Shown: positions 21,050 through 31,981, numbered from the stretch's first letter. The stretch: 64,000 bases of DNA from Vulcanisaeta sp. AZ3 (GCA_000960865.2 JZWU02000005.1:1-64000), one strand, 5' to 3'. Made by a program: numbers and translations. Notes: generated from the sequence alone by a model not told the origin.

Positions 21050-22176
21050 ATGGAAATGGAAACCAAGTACTAGATAGAGGCCTTTGGATTTCAAAGGTTG
21101 GGGGTTCCCTACTAACGAGAAAATCAACTCTTAGAACTATAAGCAGTGTTATTGGGAGAGATCTAAAGCCTGGCAGTAGATTAATCCTTGTGGTTTCAGC
21201 AATGAAGGGGGTAACGGACTTACTTATCAGAGCTCTAGATGAGCATAATCCTGCATTTATAGATGAAGCTGTGTCGATGTATGTTGATGAGGCGTTATAT
21301 CTTGAGTTAAAATCATATGCTAAGTTTCTGGAGTTTGTTAATGAGGAATTACGTAGGTTTGTGAATATAGATGAACCCTGGGTTAAGGATCATACTATTG
21401 TTCATGGAGAGTTATTGTCATCATTGCTTGTTGAGGGTATCTTAAATGATATAATTGGTGTTAGGGCTAAGGCGGTTTATGAACCTGGAATAGTGGTTAA
21501 GCAAGAGTGGGGTAATGCAAGTGTTATTCATGAGCTGAGTAATACCTTTGTTCGTGAAAGGTATGATGGATTGATTAGGAAGTACGATGTTGTAGTTGTA
21601 CCTGGATTCTTGGGTGTGACGTTGGATGGTAGGTATGCATCGTTGGGTAGGGGCGGCAGTGATTACACAGCTTCGTTGCTTGCTAACTATCTGAGTGCCT
21701 CAGGGCTGACGTTCTATACAGACAGTGGCGGTCTACTTAGTGGTGATCCTAAGGTTGTGAATGATCCTGTGCTCATTAGGGAGGTTTGTTATGAGGAGGC
21801 TTATGCGGCTGCGATGGTTGGCGCTAAGAAGTTCCATCCAAGGACCTTTGAACCATTACTTAATAGTAATGTTAGGATGTTAATAACAAGCCCGTGGCTT
21901 GATGTCGGTACTTATATAACTAATAAGTGTATTGACACACCTAAAATAGTTAGTCTTAGCGGTGATGGAAGGTCTCTTAAGGTTTCTGTGGTGGGTTATA
22001 ATGCAGCTAAGAGGGAAGATGTATTCAGTGAGGTTTATACTATTGCATCCTCGTACGGTATAAACAGTATTACGCATGATAACGATCACGTACTATCCAT
22101 GCCTGTGGATGATTATAAAATAGCATTAACCCTCGTTAGAGATATACATAGGTGGGTGAGAAAATGGATAAGTTGA
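21050..22176 (+). CDS. Aspartate kinase; ATG 21050 is out of frame and the kinase frame is reached by -1
   Basis: KVGGS (21094-21108) lies upstream of the first in-frame canonical start (21190); [15 protein letters not shown] and DP motifs. Confidence 0.88.
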
Positions 22177-23183
22177 GGGTTTCAATACTTGGTTCTACGG
22201 GATTGGTTGGTCAGTGGATGGTTAAGTTGCTTGAGAATCACCCATTTATAGAGGTTGTGAAGCTCTCAGCATCGCCTGGCAAGGTTGGTCATAAGTATGG
22301 TGATTCTGTTCATTGGTTCATACCTGGAGACATACCTGAATATGCTAAGGACGTAATCCTATCCTCAACGGAACCCTCTGACCATAAGGATGTTGATATC
22401 GTCCTCTCAGCATTACCCAATGAGATTGCTGGCTCAATTGAAAATAAGTTATTGAAAGAGAGCATTAATGTAATATCTAACGCATCGCCTGAGAGATTAA
22501 GTCCAAGGATTCCATTAATAAACCCAGAGGTTAATTGGGAGCACTTACTGGTGCTTAAGGATGTTAAGGGTAATTGGCTTGTTAAGAATCCTAATTGCAC
22601 AGCAACGATAATATCCATGCCCCTAAAGCCAATCCGAGACTTAATCAAGGACCTCTACATAGTAACGCTGCAATCGGTAAGTGGGGCGGGTTATTTAGGC
22701 GTATCGTATCTAGCAATTGATGGTAATGTTATACCATTCATAAAGGGTGAGGAGGAAAAAATCGATGTAGAGTTAAATAAGATGCTTGGTAGGCAATTCC
22801 AAGATCGCTATGATCCATGGGGTAAGCCCATTAGTGTCACTGCCACTAGAGTGCCTGTTAAGTATGGGCATATGGCTGTAATATATGCCACACTTAATGA
22901 CCAGGTAAGTCAAGAACAAATAATCAATAAGTTGAGGAACTTCAAATCATTACCGCAAGAGGCTGAGTTACCGATGGCGCCGAAAGATCCGATTAAGGTA
23001 TTAGATAGAGTTGATGCACCACAGCCCGCCAGGGACTTAGATCCAATGGCAGTAAGTGTTGGTAGGATTTCTATCAGAGGCGATGTACTAAGGATGGTGA
23101 TTTTAGGTGATAATCTTGTTCGTGGTGCTGCAGGCGTCACAATACTTACACTAGAAACCATGAGGCATCTAAATTTAATTTAA
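22164..23183 (+). CDS. asd: Aspartate-semialdehyde dehydrogenase
   Basis: GSTGLVG, NPNCT, QSVSGAG and NLVRGAAG motifs. Confidence 0.93.
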   Translation: MDKLRVSILGSTGLVGQWMVKLLENHPFIEVVKLSASPGKVGHKYGDSVHWFIPGDIPEYAKDVILSSTEPSDHKDVDIVLSALPNEIAGSIENKLLKESINVISNASPERLSPRIPLINPEVNWEHLLVLKDVKGNWLVKNPNCTATIISMPLKPIRDLIKDLYIVTLQSVSGAGYLGVSYLAIDGNVIPFIKGEEEKIDVELNKMLGRQFQDRYDPWGKPISVTATRVPVKYGHMAVIYATLNDQVSQEQIINKLRNFKSLPQEAELPMAPKDPIKVLDRVDAPQPARDLDPMAVSVGRISIRGDVLRMVILGDNLVRGAAGVTILTLETMRHLNLI

Positions 23184-24158
23184 TTTAACGTTACTAATTA
23201 TATCTACTAAGTCCGTGAGCACGGCTTGTGCTGTCTCTAACTTACCTGCGCCAGGACCTATTATTACTAATTCTCCGAGGGTATTAAGCTTAAGCTTTAA
23301 GGCATTTAGGTTATTTGAAACATGAGCCAGTATATCATCTTTATCTAGCGGTACTGGCTTGACGCAGGCTTTATTCTTATCAGCGTAAGCTATTAATTTA
23401 ACAATTTTATTATCATGACCCTTAATATCAATTCCCCTAATTCCTTCAACCTCCATGTTCTCAAGTGTATGTCTCCAACCAATGGCCCTAGATAGTATAA
23501 TGGTCTTAAGGGCTGCGTCGATACCATCAATGTCGAGCGACGGATCTGCCTCTGCATAACCCATTTGTTGGGCTTGTCTTAAGGCCTCATTAAATGATAA
23601 GCCCTCTCTATACATCTTAGTTAGTATGAAGTTTGTAGTTCCATTTAGTATTCCCATGAAGTACTCCACATAAGCGCCGGGTAGCAGGTTAAGTATGTTA
23701 AAGGATGGTGTGCCTGCCATGACCGTGCCCTTAAATTTAACAAGCCTACCATGCCTCTTACTAAGTTCCATTAATTCATCATAATGAAATGCTATGGGAC
23801 CCTTATTAGTGGTTATTACATGTTTACCGCTCTTCAATGCTGTGGTTATGTACGTGAAGGCAGGCTCGCCTCTAGTCTTAACTATTAAATCCGTGAACTC
23901 ACACATAATATCAGCATTACTCTCCATGATTATTCTAGGCACATCATCAACATCAATCCTCTCACCTAGCAATACGCCCTTACTTGCATGCTCAATTATG
24001 TTGATTTTCGGATTCACAATATGACCACGTCTACGATCTACAATTTCCGTGACTTTAACATTCAATTTTAATTCTGTATCGATTTTATTTAATAATTCGA
24101 AGAACGCCTGGCCAACATTTCCGAAACCCACAATCAGCACTTTAATAGTATCTTCCAC
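23175..24158 (-). CDS. hom: Homoserine dehydrogenase
   Basis: [30 protein letters not shown] and GPGAG motifs. Confidence 0.93.
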   Translation of the reverse strand: MEDTIKVLIVGFGNVGQAFFELLNKIDTELKLNVKVTEIVDRRRGHIVNPKINIIEHASKGVLLGERIDVDDVPRIIMESNADIMCEFTDLIVKTRGEPAFTYITTALKSGKHVITTNKGPIAFHYDELMELSKRHGRLVKFKGTVMAGTPSFNILNLLPGAYVEYFMGILNGTTNFILTKMYREGLSFNEALRQAQQMGYAEADPSLDIDGIDAALKTIILSRAIGWRHTLENMEVEGIRGIDIKGHDNKIVKLIAYADKNKACVKPVPLDKDDILAHVSNNLNALKLKLNTLGELVIIGPGAGKLETAQAVLTDLVDIISNVKLN

Positions 24159-24256
24159 GTTACTTAATATTATTGTGTTTATTTAAAATATTACTGTTAC
24201 TCAATACCCTATTTACCTAATGGTAATGCTTAAATATCCCATTAATTATCCATATA

Positions 24257-25491
24257 ATGGGGATTGAAATGGAAACCAGGAATTAATAAGAAGGTCTCTA
24301 GACAAGTATGTACTTAAGTGCCCAAGGTGTGGCTATGAGGTTGAGGCAAATCCGTTCATAATGAGGTGCCCAAGGTGTGGTGAATTACTTGATGCTGAGT
24401 TAATAGCCGAAATGATTCATATTAGGTGGGATAGGCTGCACGGTAGGGGTGTTTGGAGATATGAGAGATTGCTTCCTAGATTAAATAGTGTGGTCACTAT
24501 GGGTGAAGGATCAACACCATTAATAAGACTCAAACAATTCTCTAATGCTTATGTTAAGTTTGAGGGGCTGAATCCAACGGGTTCCTTTAAGGATAGAGGA
24601 ATGACAATTGGTACATCATTAGCTTTAGCAATAGGTGCAAGAGGGATAATTGTGGCGTCTACAGGGAATACTGCAGCCTCGGCGGCAGCTTATTCAGCTA
24701 GGGCAGGCCTTGAGTGCTTGGTAGTGCTTCCTAGGGGTGGTGTGGCTAGGGGTAAGTTGGCTCAGTCTATGTTGCATAATGCACGTATATTAGAGGTTAC
24801 TGGGACCTTCGATAATGCCTTGGAGTATGTGCTGGATTCCGTGTTGAGTAATGGTGCTGTTAATGGTGTTAATTACTATCCACTTAACTCAATAAATCCA
24901 TGGAGACTAGAGGGTCAGAAAACAATTGCATATGAAATCGTTGAGGAGCTTGGTGTCCCTGACTTTGTGTTTGTTCCTGTGGGTAATGGCGGTAATATTT
25001 ACGCTATTTGGAAGGGATTTAGAGAATTGGTGGAGCTTGGTGTGATCGATCGTGTACCAAGGATGATGGGGGTGCAGGCTGAGGGGGCTAATCCAATGGT
25101 TAGGTATTGGAGAGGGCTTGGTGAGGCTAAGATTGAGAATCCGAGGACTGTAGCCTCAGCAATAAGGATTGGCAAACCAATTAATTGGTTTAGAGCCTTC
25201 AGGGCCGTTAAGTATAGTAATGGCACCTTCCTGGAGGTTAGCGATGAAGAGATATTAAATGCCCAGAGAGTACTTGGTAGGGAGGGTATAGGTGTTGAGC
25301 CGGCTAGTGCAGCATCGCTGGCAGGTTACTTAAGGGCGTTAAAAGACGGTCTTGTGGATAGGAATGATAAAGTGGTGCTAATAGCCACAGGGCATGCTCT
25401 TAAAGATCCCGATATACTAACTATGGGGAATGCGCAGTTTATGAGGGTGTCATCAATCAATGAATTAAGAACGTTAATTGCCACTAAGTAA
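24257..25491 (+). CDS. thrC: Threonine synthase; ATG 24257/24269 are out of frame and the enzyme frame is reached by -1
   Basis: NPTGSFKDRG, ASTGNT, PVGNGGN and EPASA motifs; the first CPRC of the Zn ribbon (24319-24330) precedes the first in-frame ATG. Confidence 0.9.
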
Positions 25492-25504
25492 TTATTATTA
25501 AACC

Positions 25505-26581
25505 CTAAACTGGGTATAGTGGTACTTGTTCAAGTGCTGTTGTTTCGGGAAATCCGAGGGCAATATTCATGGCTTGGACTGCTTGCCCTGAGGCACCCTT
25601 CATTAAGTTATCCTCGGCTGCTAACATAACTAATCTACCAAGCCTCTGGTCTATCTCAAAGCCTATGTCTATGAGGTTACTACCAATGACGTACTTAACG
25701 TCTGGATAACGTTGATTGCCAACTCTATCCTTAACAAGCCTTATGAATGGTTCATTACCATACATTGACCTAAGTGCCTTCCAGACCTCAGGTTCCGTAA
25801 CATTCCTAGCAAGCCAAGTGTGGGCAGTCGTTAGTATACCTCTCACTAAATCAACAGCATGTGGTGTAAACGCCACCCTAACCTCATGATTAATTAATCG
25901 ACTAAGCTCCTGCTCTATCTCGGCTGTATGCCTGTGATGAACAACATCATAAGGTCTAATTACATATGTACGGAATGGGTGTAGGTCAAGCCTTGGTGCA
26001 TGAGCACCAGCGCCTGAACTCGCTATCTTGGCATCAATAACAATCCTATTTGCCTCTATAAGGCCTGCCTTAATTACAGGTGCTAGAGATAATATTGCAG
26101 CCGTGGCCATGCAGCCTGGTACAGCTATTAACCTAGTACCTCTTAACTCCTCCCTATGTAGCTCAGGTAAGCCATAGACCGCCTTATCAAGTAGATCTGG
26201 GTATGGATGAGGTTTTTCCCAACCGTACCACTCCACGTAGGCCCTGGGGTCCTTAAGTCTAAAGTCTGCGGATAAATCCACAATAGTTAAGCCCGTCTCG
26301 TAAAGCTTTGGTACCCACTCAATACTTTGCCCATGGGGTAATGCTAGGAATACTACATCTACATCATGCTTAAGTACAGAATCTATTGTAGAGTCTGTGA
26401 AGGTAAGTTCAGTTCTACCCCTTAGATTGGGGTGGACGCGAAAGACATACTCACCTTTAAATTCTCTTGAGGTTACGCAAACAATCTCAATGCCTGAATG
26501 ATTAAGTAATAACCTTAATAACTCACCACCCGTAACTCCACTAGCACCGACAATGCATACCCTATACCTACCACTCTCCAT
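25505..26581 (-). CDS. lysY: LysW-aminoadipyl/glutamyl-phosphate reductase (LysY/ArgC)
   Basis: GASGVTG, DLSADFRL, PGCMATA, HRHTAEI and DNLMKGASGQA motifs. Confidence 0.92.
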   Translation of the reverse strand: MESGRYRVCIVGASGVTGGELLRLLLNHSGIEIVCVTSREFKGEYVFRVHPNLRGRTELTFTDSTIDSVLKHDVDVVFLALPHGQSIEWVPKLYETGLTIVDLSADFRLKDPRAYVEWYGWEKPHPYPDLLDKAVYGLPELHREELRGTRLIAVPGCMATAAILSLAPVIKAGLIEANRIVIDAKIASSGAGAHAPRLDLHPFRTYVIRPYDVVHHRHTAEIEQELSRLINHEVRVAFTPHAVDLVRGILTTAHTWLARNVTEPEVWKALRSMYGNEPFIRLVKDRVGNQRYPDVKYVIGSNLIDIGFEIDQRLGRLVMLAAEDNLMKGASGQAVQAMNIALGFPETTALEQVPLYPV

Positions 26582-27311
26582 TGTACCACCTCACTATAGC
26601 GCTCACTACTTTGTCTAGGTTCTCTGCGGTTAATTCTATCCTTGGATCAAGGCCTAAGATCACAGCTTCACTATCATAAACGCCAATAGCATACGTGCAG
26701 AGAACACACCCAATATCTCTACTAAGTCTTAATAACATTGAATCAAGACCGCTGCAGTTAATGCAGTTGGTCCCAATTACTTGTGCATTAAACATACTAT
26801 CTGGTGCTTTCATTAATAAGTTAATCTTAGCCAGGGGATTTCCCATATACATCCTATGTTCAGCTATAGACTTCGAACCTTCCCATGTGGTGACGATACC
26901 ATCAAGTTCCATCGCCATTGAGGGAGTTGCCATATAGGTCCTGCCGATACTCTTAACGACATTGGCAACAACGTTAGGGTTTAGAGCAATCATAAACTCA
27001 GGTACAGGATAACCTAATCTACTTAACTCCCTAAACAACAGTACTCTATTCATAGCCATCACATACACATTTTGAGCGTTGAGTGTTTTGTCGAAGAGAC
27101 CTGAAGCTATTAAAGCCTCAAAGACATTATCAAGGAGGAGCACTGCCCTCCCTTGAGTGATTCTCAACTCTTCATCCCTAGCATTAATAATGCCAACCCT
27201 AAACCCAGAGTTAACTAACTTACTATGAAGTTGCTGCTCTAATGGACCGTACTTACTAAGCATGAGCATGAGATCTTGCTTAATTGAAAGCCCCGCTTCA
27301 ATAATGATCAC
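26568..27311 (-). CDS. Degenerate LysX/RimK-like ATP-grasp paralog (probable pseudoenzyme)
   Basis: Aligns by eye with LysX (GYPVP, HRMYMGNP) but lacks the KP, GSWG, RTN and EVN motifs. Confidence 0.6.
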   Translation of the reverse strand: MIIIEAGLSIKQDLMLMLSKYGPLEQQLHSKLVNSGFRVGIINARDEELRITQGRAVLLLDNVFEALIASGLFDKTLNAQNVYVMAMNRVLLFRELSRLGYPVPEFMIALNPNVVANVVKSIGRTYMATPSMAMELDGIVTTWEGSKSIAEHRMYMGNPLAKINLLMKAPDSMFNAQVIGTNCINCSGLDSMLLRLSRDIGCVLCTYAIGVYDSEAVILGLDPRIELTAENLDKVVSAIVRWYNGEW

Positions 27312-27438
27312 CTCTCATTGACTACAAGATATGCCAAATTAATAAATATTTTCCTTAATGATACTAGGGGTAATACATTAACTATGTTCATTTAGAGAAA
27401 TACTTATATAGCCTATGTAAGCTGGAGTCTTTTCAGTG

Positions 27439-28307
27439 ATGGAACGGGAACCACGATTGGGCAAAGTTCAGGAGATAATAATGAAGTGACCATACTGTAT
27501 GATTTCGTGAGAACTGAGGAGAAGTTACTTGTTAATGAGTTCAGAAAGCTCGGTGTCAACCTGAGGTTGATAAATATTGATAAGCTATCACTAAGACTTG
27601 ATAGTGAGGTCAGCCTTGGAGTATCATTAGTTAGGCCAGTAAGCCATTTAAAGGCTAGTCTCGTGGCTAAGGTGCTTAATGCACACGGAGTTATTACAAT
27701 AAACAATGGTCTCGCCATAGAAAACGCTTGGAATAAGGCGGTAGCATTATCCATATTAGCAAAGTCCGGAATACCCATTGTGCCAACAAAGCTTCTATTC
27801 TCTGTGGAGTTTAACGATGATGGAATTCAGTATCCAGTTATTGTTAAGCCTGTCCATGGATCCTGGGGCAGATTAGTAAGCCTCGTGGGTGATATGGATG
27901 AGCTAAGGCTCGTGCTTAAACACAATGCTCTTGATAATGCTAATCCTAGAATTTACATGCTACAACCATTCATTGGTAATGGTAAAGATTATAGGGTCTT
28001 TGTTATTGGTGATGAGGTAGTGGCTTCAATGACTAGGTTACCTAGCGATGGCGATTGGCGCAGTAATGTAGCTAGAGGTGGTATTCCACGTGCCGTTAAA
28101 CTTAGCGATGATGCTTACGAATATGCAGTTAAGGCGGTTAAGGTTCTTGGGCTCGATTACGCTGGCGTTGATATGCTTCAAGGTCCAAATGGTTATTTGA
28201 TTAATGAGGTTAATGCAATACCTGAATTTAAGGGCTTAATGATAGCATCTGGCGTTAACATAGCACGTAAAATAGCTAAGTACGTAATAAACCTAGTCAG
28301 AAGGTGA
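27439..28307 (+). CDS. argX: Glutamate--LysW ligase ArgX-like; leader ATG 27439 is out of frame, in-frame GTG at 27486
   Basis: KPVHGSWGR, WRSNVARGG and NEVNAIPEF motifs; lacks the LysX-type IYR/NT signature. Confidence 0.75.
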
Positions 28308-28313
28308 TGTTTT

Positions 28314-29486
28314 ATGAGTAATGATTTACTTAGGTATGAGGATGAGTATTTAGCAAGGTACTATAATAAGAAACCAATAAGCATTATCAAGGGTAAAATG
28401 CAATACGTGTGGGACTTGAACGGTAATAAGTACTTAGATACTCACACAGGTTTTGGCGTTGCCTTCCTCGGCCATGCAAACCCAAGAATCGTGGAAGCAA
28501 TTAAAAGTCAACTGGATAGGATTCTCACAGTACCATTAACCTTCTATAACGATACAAGGGCTGAGTTTGTGAGGGAGTTCTCTAAAATATTACCTAATGG
28601 TTTTGGCAAAATATTTTTACAGAACAGTGGTACCGAGGCCGTAGAAGTAGCCCTTAAGATTGCAAGGAAAATCAGTAAGAAGACGGAGTTCCTTGCATTC
28701 CTAAACTCATTTCACGGGAGGACCCTTGGATCACTCTCAGTAACGGGGAATGAGAAGTATAGGAGAGCCTTTGAACCCTTACCTTACAAGGTTAGGTTTG
28801 CACCATTTAATGCCACTGATCAGGTGGACAAGTTAGTTACTGAAGACTTGGCGGCAGTTATTGTAGAACCAGTACAAGGTGAAGGTGGTGTGAACCCTGC
28901 CAAGCCTGAATTCCTTAAGGCTCTTAGACAGATTACTAAGGAGAGGAATGTACTCCTCATACTTGATGAGGTTCAAACAGGCTTTGGTAGGACAGGTAAT
29001 GTATGGGCATTTCAGGGTTATGGCATTGAGCCAGATATATTTACGGCAGGTAAATCAATAGCCGGAGGATTACCAATAGGCATTACCATAGTAAAAAGAG
29101 ACCTTGGTGATGTGTTTGAACCTGGTGAACATGGAAGTACCTTTGCTGGTAATCCATTGGTTATGACAGCCGCCAAAGCAGGTGTGGAAGTACTACTTAA
29201 CGAAAATGTTCCTGAAAGAGCTAGGTTCATTGGCGAGAGATTTATGAAGATTCTTGAGGATGAGGTGGGAAACGCGAAGCCTGTGCTGAGGGTTAAGGGT
29301 CTTGGTTTAATGCTAGGTATTGAGTTGAGGAAGAGAGCTGATCCGTATATTGATAGGTTAATAAGCATGGGTCTTCTTGCTAGTGTGGCTGGTGGTACCA
29401 CGATTAGGTTACTACCACCGTATTGCATTAATGATGATGATTTAAACCTAGCGGTAAATGCGTTGAAAGCTGTGTTAAGTGAGTGA
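28314..29486 (+). CDS. lysJ: LysW-lysine/ornithine aminotransferase (LysJ/ArgD)
   Basis: [25 protein letters not shown] and HGSTFAGNP motifs. Confidence 0.9.
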   Translation: MSNDLLRYEDEYLARYYNKKPISIIKGKMQYVWDLNGNKYLDTHTGFGVAFLGHANPRIVEAIKSQLDRILTVPLTFYNDTRAEFVREFSKILPNGFGKIFLQNSGTEAVEVALKIARKISKKTEFLAFLNSFHGRTLGSLSVTGNEKYRRAFEPLPYKVRFAPFNATDQVDKLVTEDLAAVIVEPVQGEGGVNPAKPEFLKALRQITKERNVLLILDEVQTGFGRTGNVWAFQGYGIEPDIFTAGKSIAGGLPIGITIVKRDLGDVFEPGEHGSTFAGNPLVMTAAKAGVEVLLNENVPERARFIGERFMKILEDEVGNAKPVLRVKGLGLMLGIELRKRADPYIDRLISMGLLASVAGGTTIRLLPPYCINDDDLNLAVNALKAVLSE

Positions 29487-30842
29487 ACTAATTATATCAT
29501 GAACTATACCCATTAATTCCTCGTCACCCAATGGGTTCTTTCTTAATTCGTGGTCATAAAGCGACTTAACCTTATCATACACTACCTCCACTAATTCCTC
29601 ATTTACATTGAAACCATGAATCTTAAGCCAATGCTTAATTGATGACTTTCCAGAGTATGGCCCAATAACCATCTTAGGTTCGCGATCCACGAGACTTGGG
29701 TCCATTGATAAATACGTTATTGGATTCCTAAGTTGGGCATCAATATGTATGCCTGCCGCTGTGGTAAAGGCATTTTCACCAACGATGGGCTGATATGTGG
29801 GTACCTCATATCCCATTGACTTAAAGGTCTCTGCAATACTCCTAATAACCCTGGGATTCATACCATCAAACGAACCCTTAATTCGCGAATACCAAAGGAC
29901 AAGTGCCTCAATAGGCACATTCCCACTCCTCTCACCAATGCCCAACATAGTACCATTATTTATGGAGGCCCCATATAACCACGCAGCCACTGCATTAGCT
30001 ATTGCCATGTAATAATCGCCATGCCCATGAAACTCTATATTCGTACTCCGTATGTTAAGTACTCTCCTCAATACGTAGATTAATTTTGGTATACCATACG
30101 GCAGTGACACAAATGGATATGGAACACCTACACCCGTAGTATCGGGCAACTTAATAACTAAATCAACGCCATACCTCTCACTCAACCTTAGCAGCTTCTC
30201 TAAGAATGGTATTACGAAACCAACCACATCTGACCTGGTGATGTCCTCAAGACTACATCTAAGCCTTATCCCACTCCTTAAAGCGTACTCCGCGGCCTCT
30301 AAGTATTTAGCTATCACTCTATCTCTCGTGGAATTGAACTTATACTTAATGTGTATATCCGATATCGACATGAGCATTACCATCTCATCAAGTCCAGCCT
30401 CCTTAACTAACTTAACATCCTCAACCCTAGCTCTACCCCAACCAATAACCTGAGGCCATTCAAGGTCTAACTCCCTAACAGCCCTAACAAGCCTTCTATC
30501 TCTCTCTGTATATAGGAAGAACTCACTCTTAATTATTTTACCACTACCATTATCCAGCTCGGAAAGTAACCTAAAGAGTTTAATGGCATCCTCCACTGAG
30601 TAGTACGTATAGAAGGCTTGCTGACCGTCCCTAAAGGTAGTATCCGTTATATAGAGATTCTCAGGAACCTCAGGCTCTACGTAGATACCATCAAATAACA
30701 ACCTAGGCGGTAAAGGCCATTGATTTATTATCTCCTTAAATACAGAATCATCATTCACATAGTCAATGCCCTCCTTTCTAAGCAGTTTAATTAATTCCTC
30801 GGGTTCACTTCTATTACCAGGTGCTTCAATAGAGACCCCCAA
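29475..30842 (-). CDS. DRE-TIM acyl-CoA condensing enzyme (Re-citrate-synthase-like sequence), probably the homocitrate synthase
   Basis: DTTFRDGQQA, HGH, GERSGN and AGIH motifs; located in the Lys cluster. Confidence 0.7.
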   Translation of the reverse strand: MGVSIEAPGNRSEPEELIKLLRKEGIDYVNDDSVFKEIINQWPLPPRLLFDGIYVEPEVPENLYITDTTFRDGQQAFYTYYSVEDAIKLFRLLSELDNGSGKIIKSEFFLYTERDRRLVRAVRELDLEWPQVIGWGRARVEDVKLVKEAGLDEMVMLMSISDIHIKYKFNSTRDRVIAKYLEAAEYALRSGIRLRCSLEDITRSDVVGFVIPFLEKLLRLSERYGVDLVIKLPDTTGVGVPYPFVSLPYGIPKLIYVLRRVLNIRSTNIEFHGHGDYYMAIANAVAAWLYGASINNGTMLGIGERSGNVPIEALVLWYSRIKGSFDGMNPRVIRSIAETFKSMGYEVPTYQPIVGENAFTTAAGIHIDAQLRNPITYLSMDPSLVDREPKMVIGPYSGKSSIKHWLKIHGFNVNEELVEVVYDKVKSLYDHELRKNPLGDEELMGIVHDIISSLT

Positions 30843-30906
30843 GGTTTAAGGAAATAAATAATTTATAAATCTTACCCCTTGATATAATTAATGCTTAGTA
30901 GACAAT

Positions 30907-31980
30907 CTATATATAAATATTCATAAATTCATTTATCGCTTGCCTATATATATTGATAGCCCTTAAATAATCATTAACCAATACGTATTCCTCGAGTGAG
31001 TGTGATAATGACCCATCACCGGGGCCGTACGCAACTAGATTGCTGGTTAGTTTAGCTAAGTCGTTCATGTCACTAGTACCCCATTTCCTGGCCAGTATAG
31101 GTTTTTCTCCTAGCACCTTAATTATTGCCCTTGAGATTGCCCTTATGCTTGGGTTATTAATGGGCACCTCTACGGGATCTGTACACCACCTCATATTCAC
31201 ATTAATATTGTTACTAAGTTCACTGTTAAGTCTTTCAATGACTTTTCTAACTTCATCGCAGGATTTACCTGGTGGTATTCTGACATCAAGTATTAGTCTA
31301 CAATTACTAGGTATCATGTTCTCAGCCTCACCGCAGTTCATTATTGTTGGTGTTACGAGGAAATCCTCATAATTAATACCAGCCTTGAGATACTCACGTA
31401 ATTTCTCATAGATCCCCATAGCAATTAATATGGAGTTTGAATTAAGGTCTGGGTTAGAGGCGTGACCACCCCTTGTTCTAACAATTACCTCAATCCTAGT
31501 CCCACCTCTATACTTGGTAACTACCTTGTTTATGCCTGTGGGCTCGCCGACAATAATACCACCAGGCTTAGGCACGTGGGTACCCCTGATTAGGTTTGCA
31601 GTACCTAGGCTATCGCCTTCCTCATGAACGACGGCTGTGAATACGAGCGTACCCTTATCTAGCTCGCTTTCTATGAAGGCTATCGCCATAGCCATTAGAG
31701 GCCCTTTATCATCACTAGCACCCCTACCTATTATTCTATCACCTTCACGTTTAATCTCTATAAAACCAGGTACCGTATCCATGTGCGCATGTAGCCAAAG
31801 CACAGGCTTACCCTCGCCCTTAATAACTATGACATTACCTACGTCATCGGTCCTTGCATCAAACCCATTAATAATGAATAACTCTCTTAAAAACTCCGCG
31901 AACTCATGTTCCTCACCAGTAGGTGAGTATATGCTTAGGGATTCCATGAGTAATTTTAACTTAGCCTCATCAGCGAACAT
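30907..31980 (-). CDS. lysK: LysW-lysine/ornithine hydrolase (LysK/ArgE, M20 family)
   Basis: HMDTVPG, GRGASDDKG, EE, GEP and GPGD...H motifs. Confidence 0.9.
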   Translation of the reverse strand: MFADEAKLKLLMESLSIYSPTGEEHEFAEFLRELFIINGFDARTDDVGNVIVIKGEGKPVLWLHAHMDTVPGFIEIKREGDRIIGRGASDDKGPLMAMAIAFIESELDKGTLVFTAVVHEEGDSLGTANLIRGTHVPKPGGIIVGEPTGINKVVTKYRGGTRIEVIVRTRGGHASNPDLNSNSILIAMGIYEKLREYLKAGINYEDFLVTPTIMNCGEAENMIPSNCRLILDVRIPPGKSCDEVRKVIERLNSELSNNINVNMRWCTDPVEVPINNPSIRAISRAIIKVLGEKPILARKWGTSDMNDLAKLTSNLVAYGPGDGSLSHSLEEYVLVNDYLRAINIYRQAINEFMNIYI

Positions 31981-31981
31981 A

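Noticed and set aside
12592-24158. Sensor uORFs at leuB, leuC, leuD and hom (lysZ, lysK, argH and glnA were also checked)
   Set aside because: All have ordinary in-frame starts at the expected TATA or SD distance, so they serve as negative controls.
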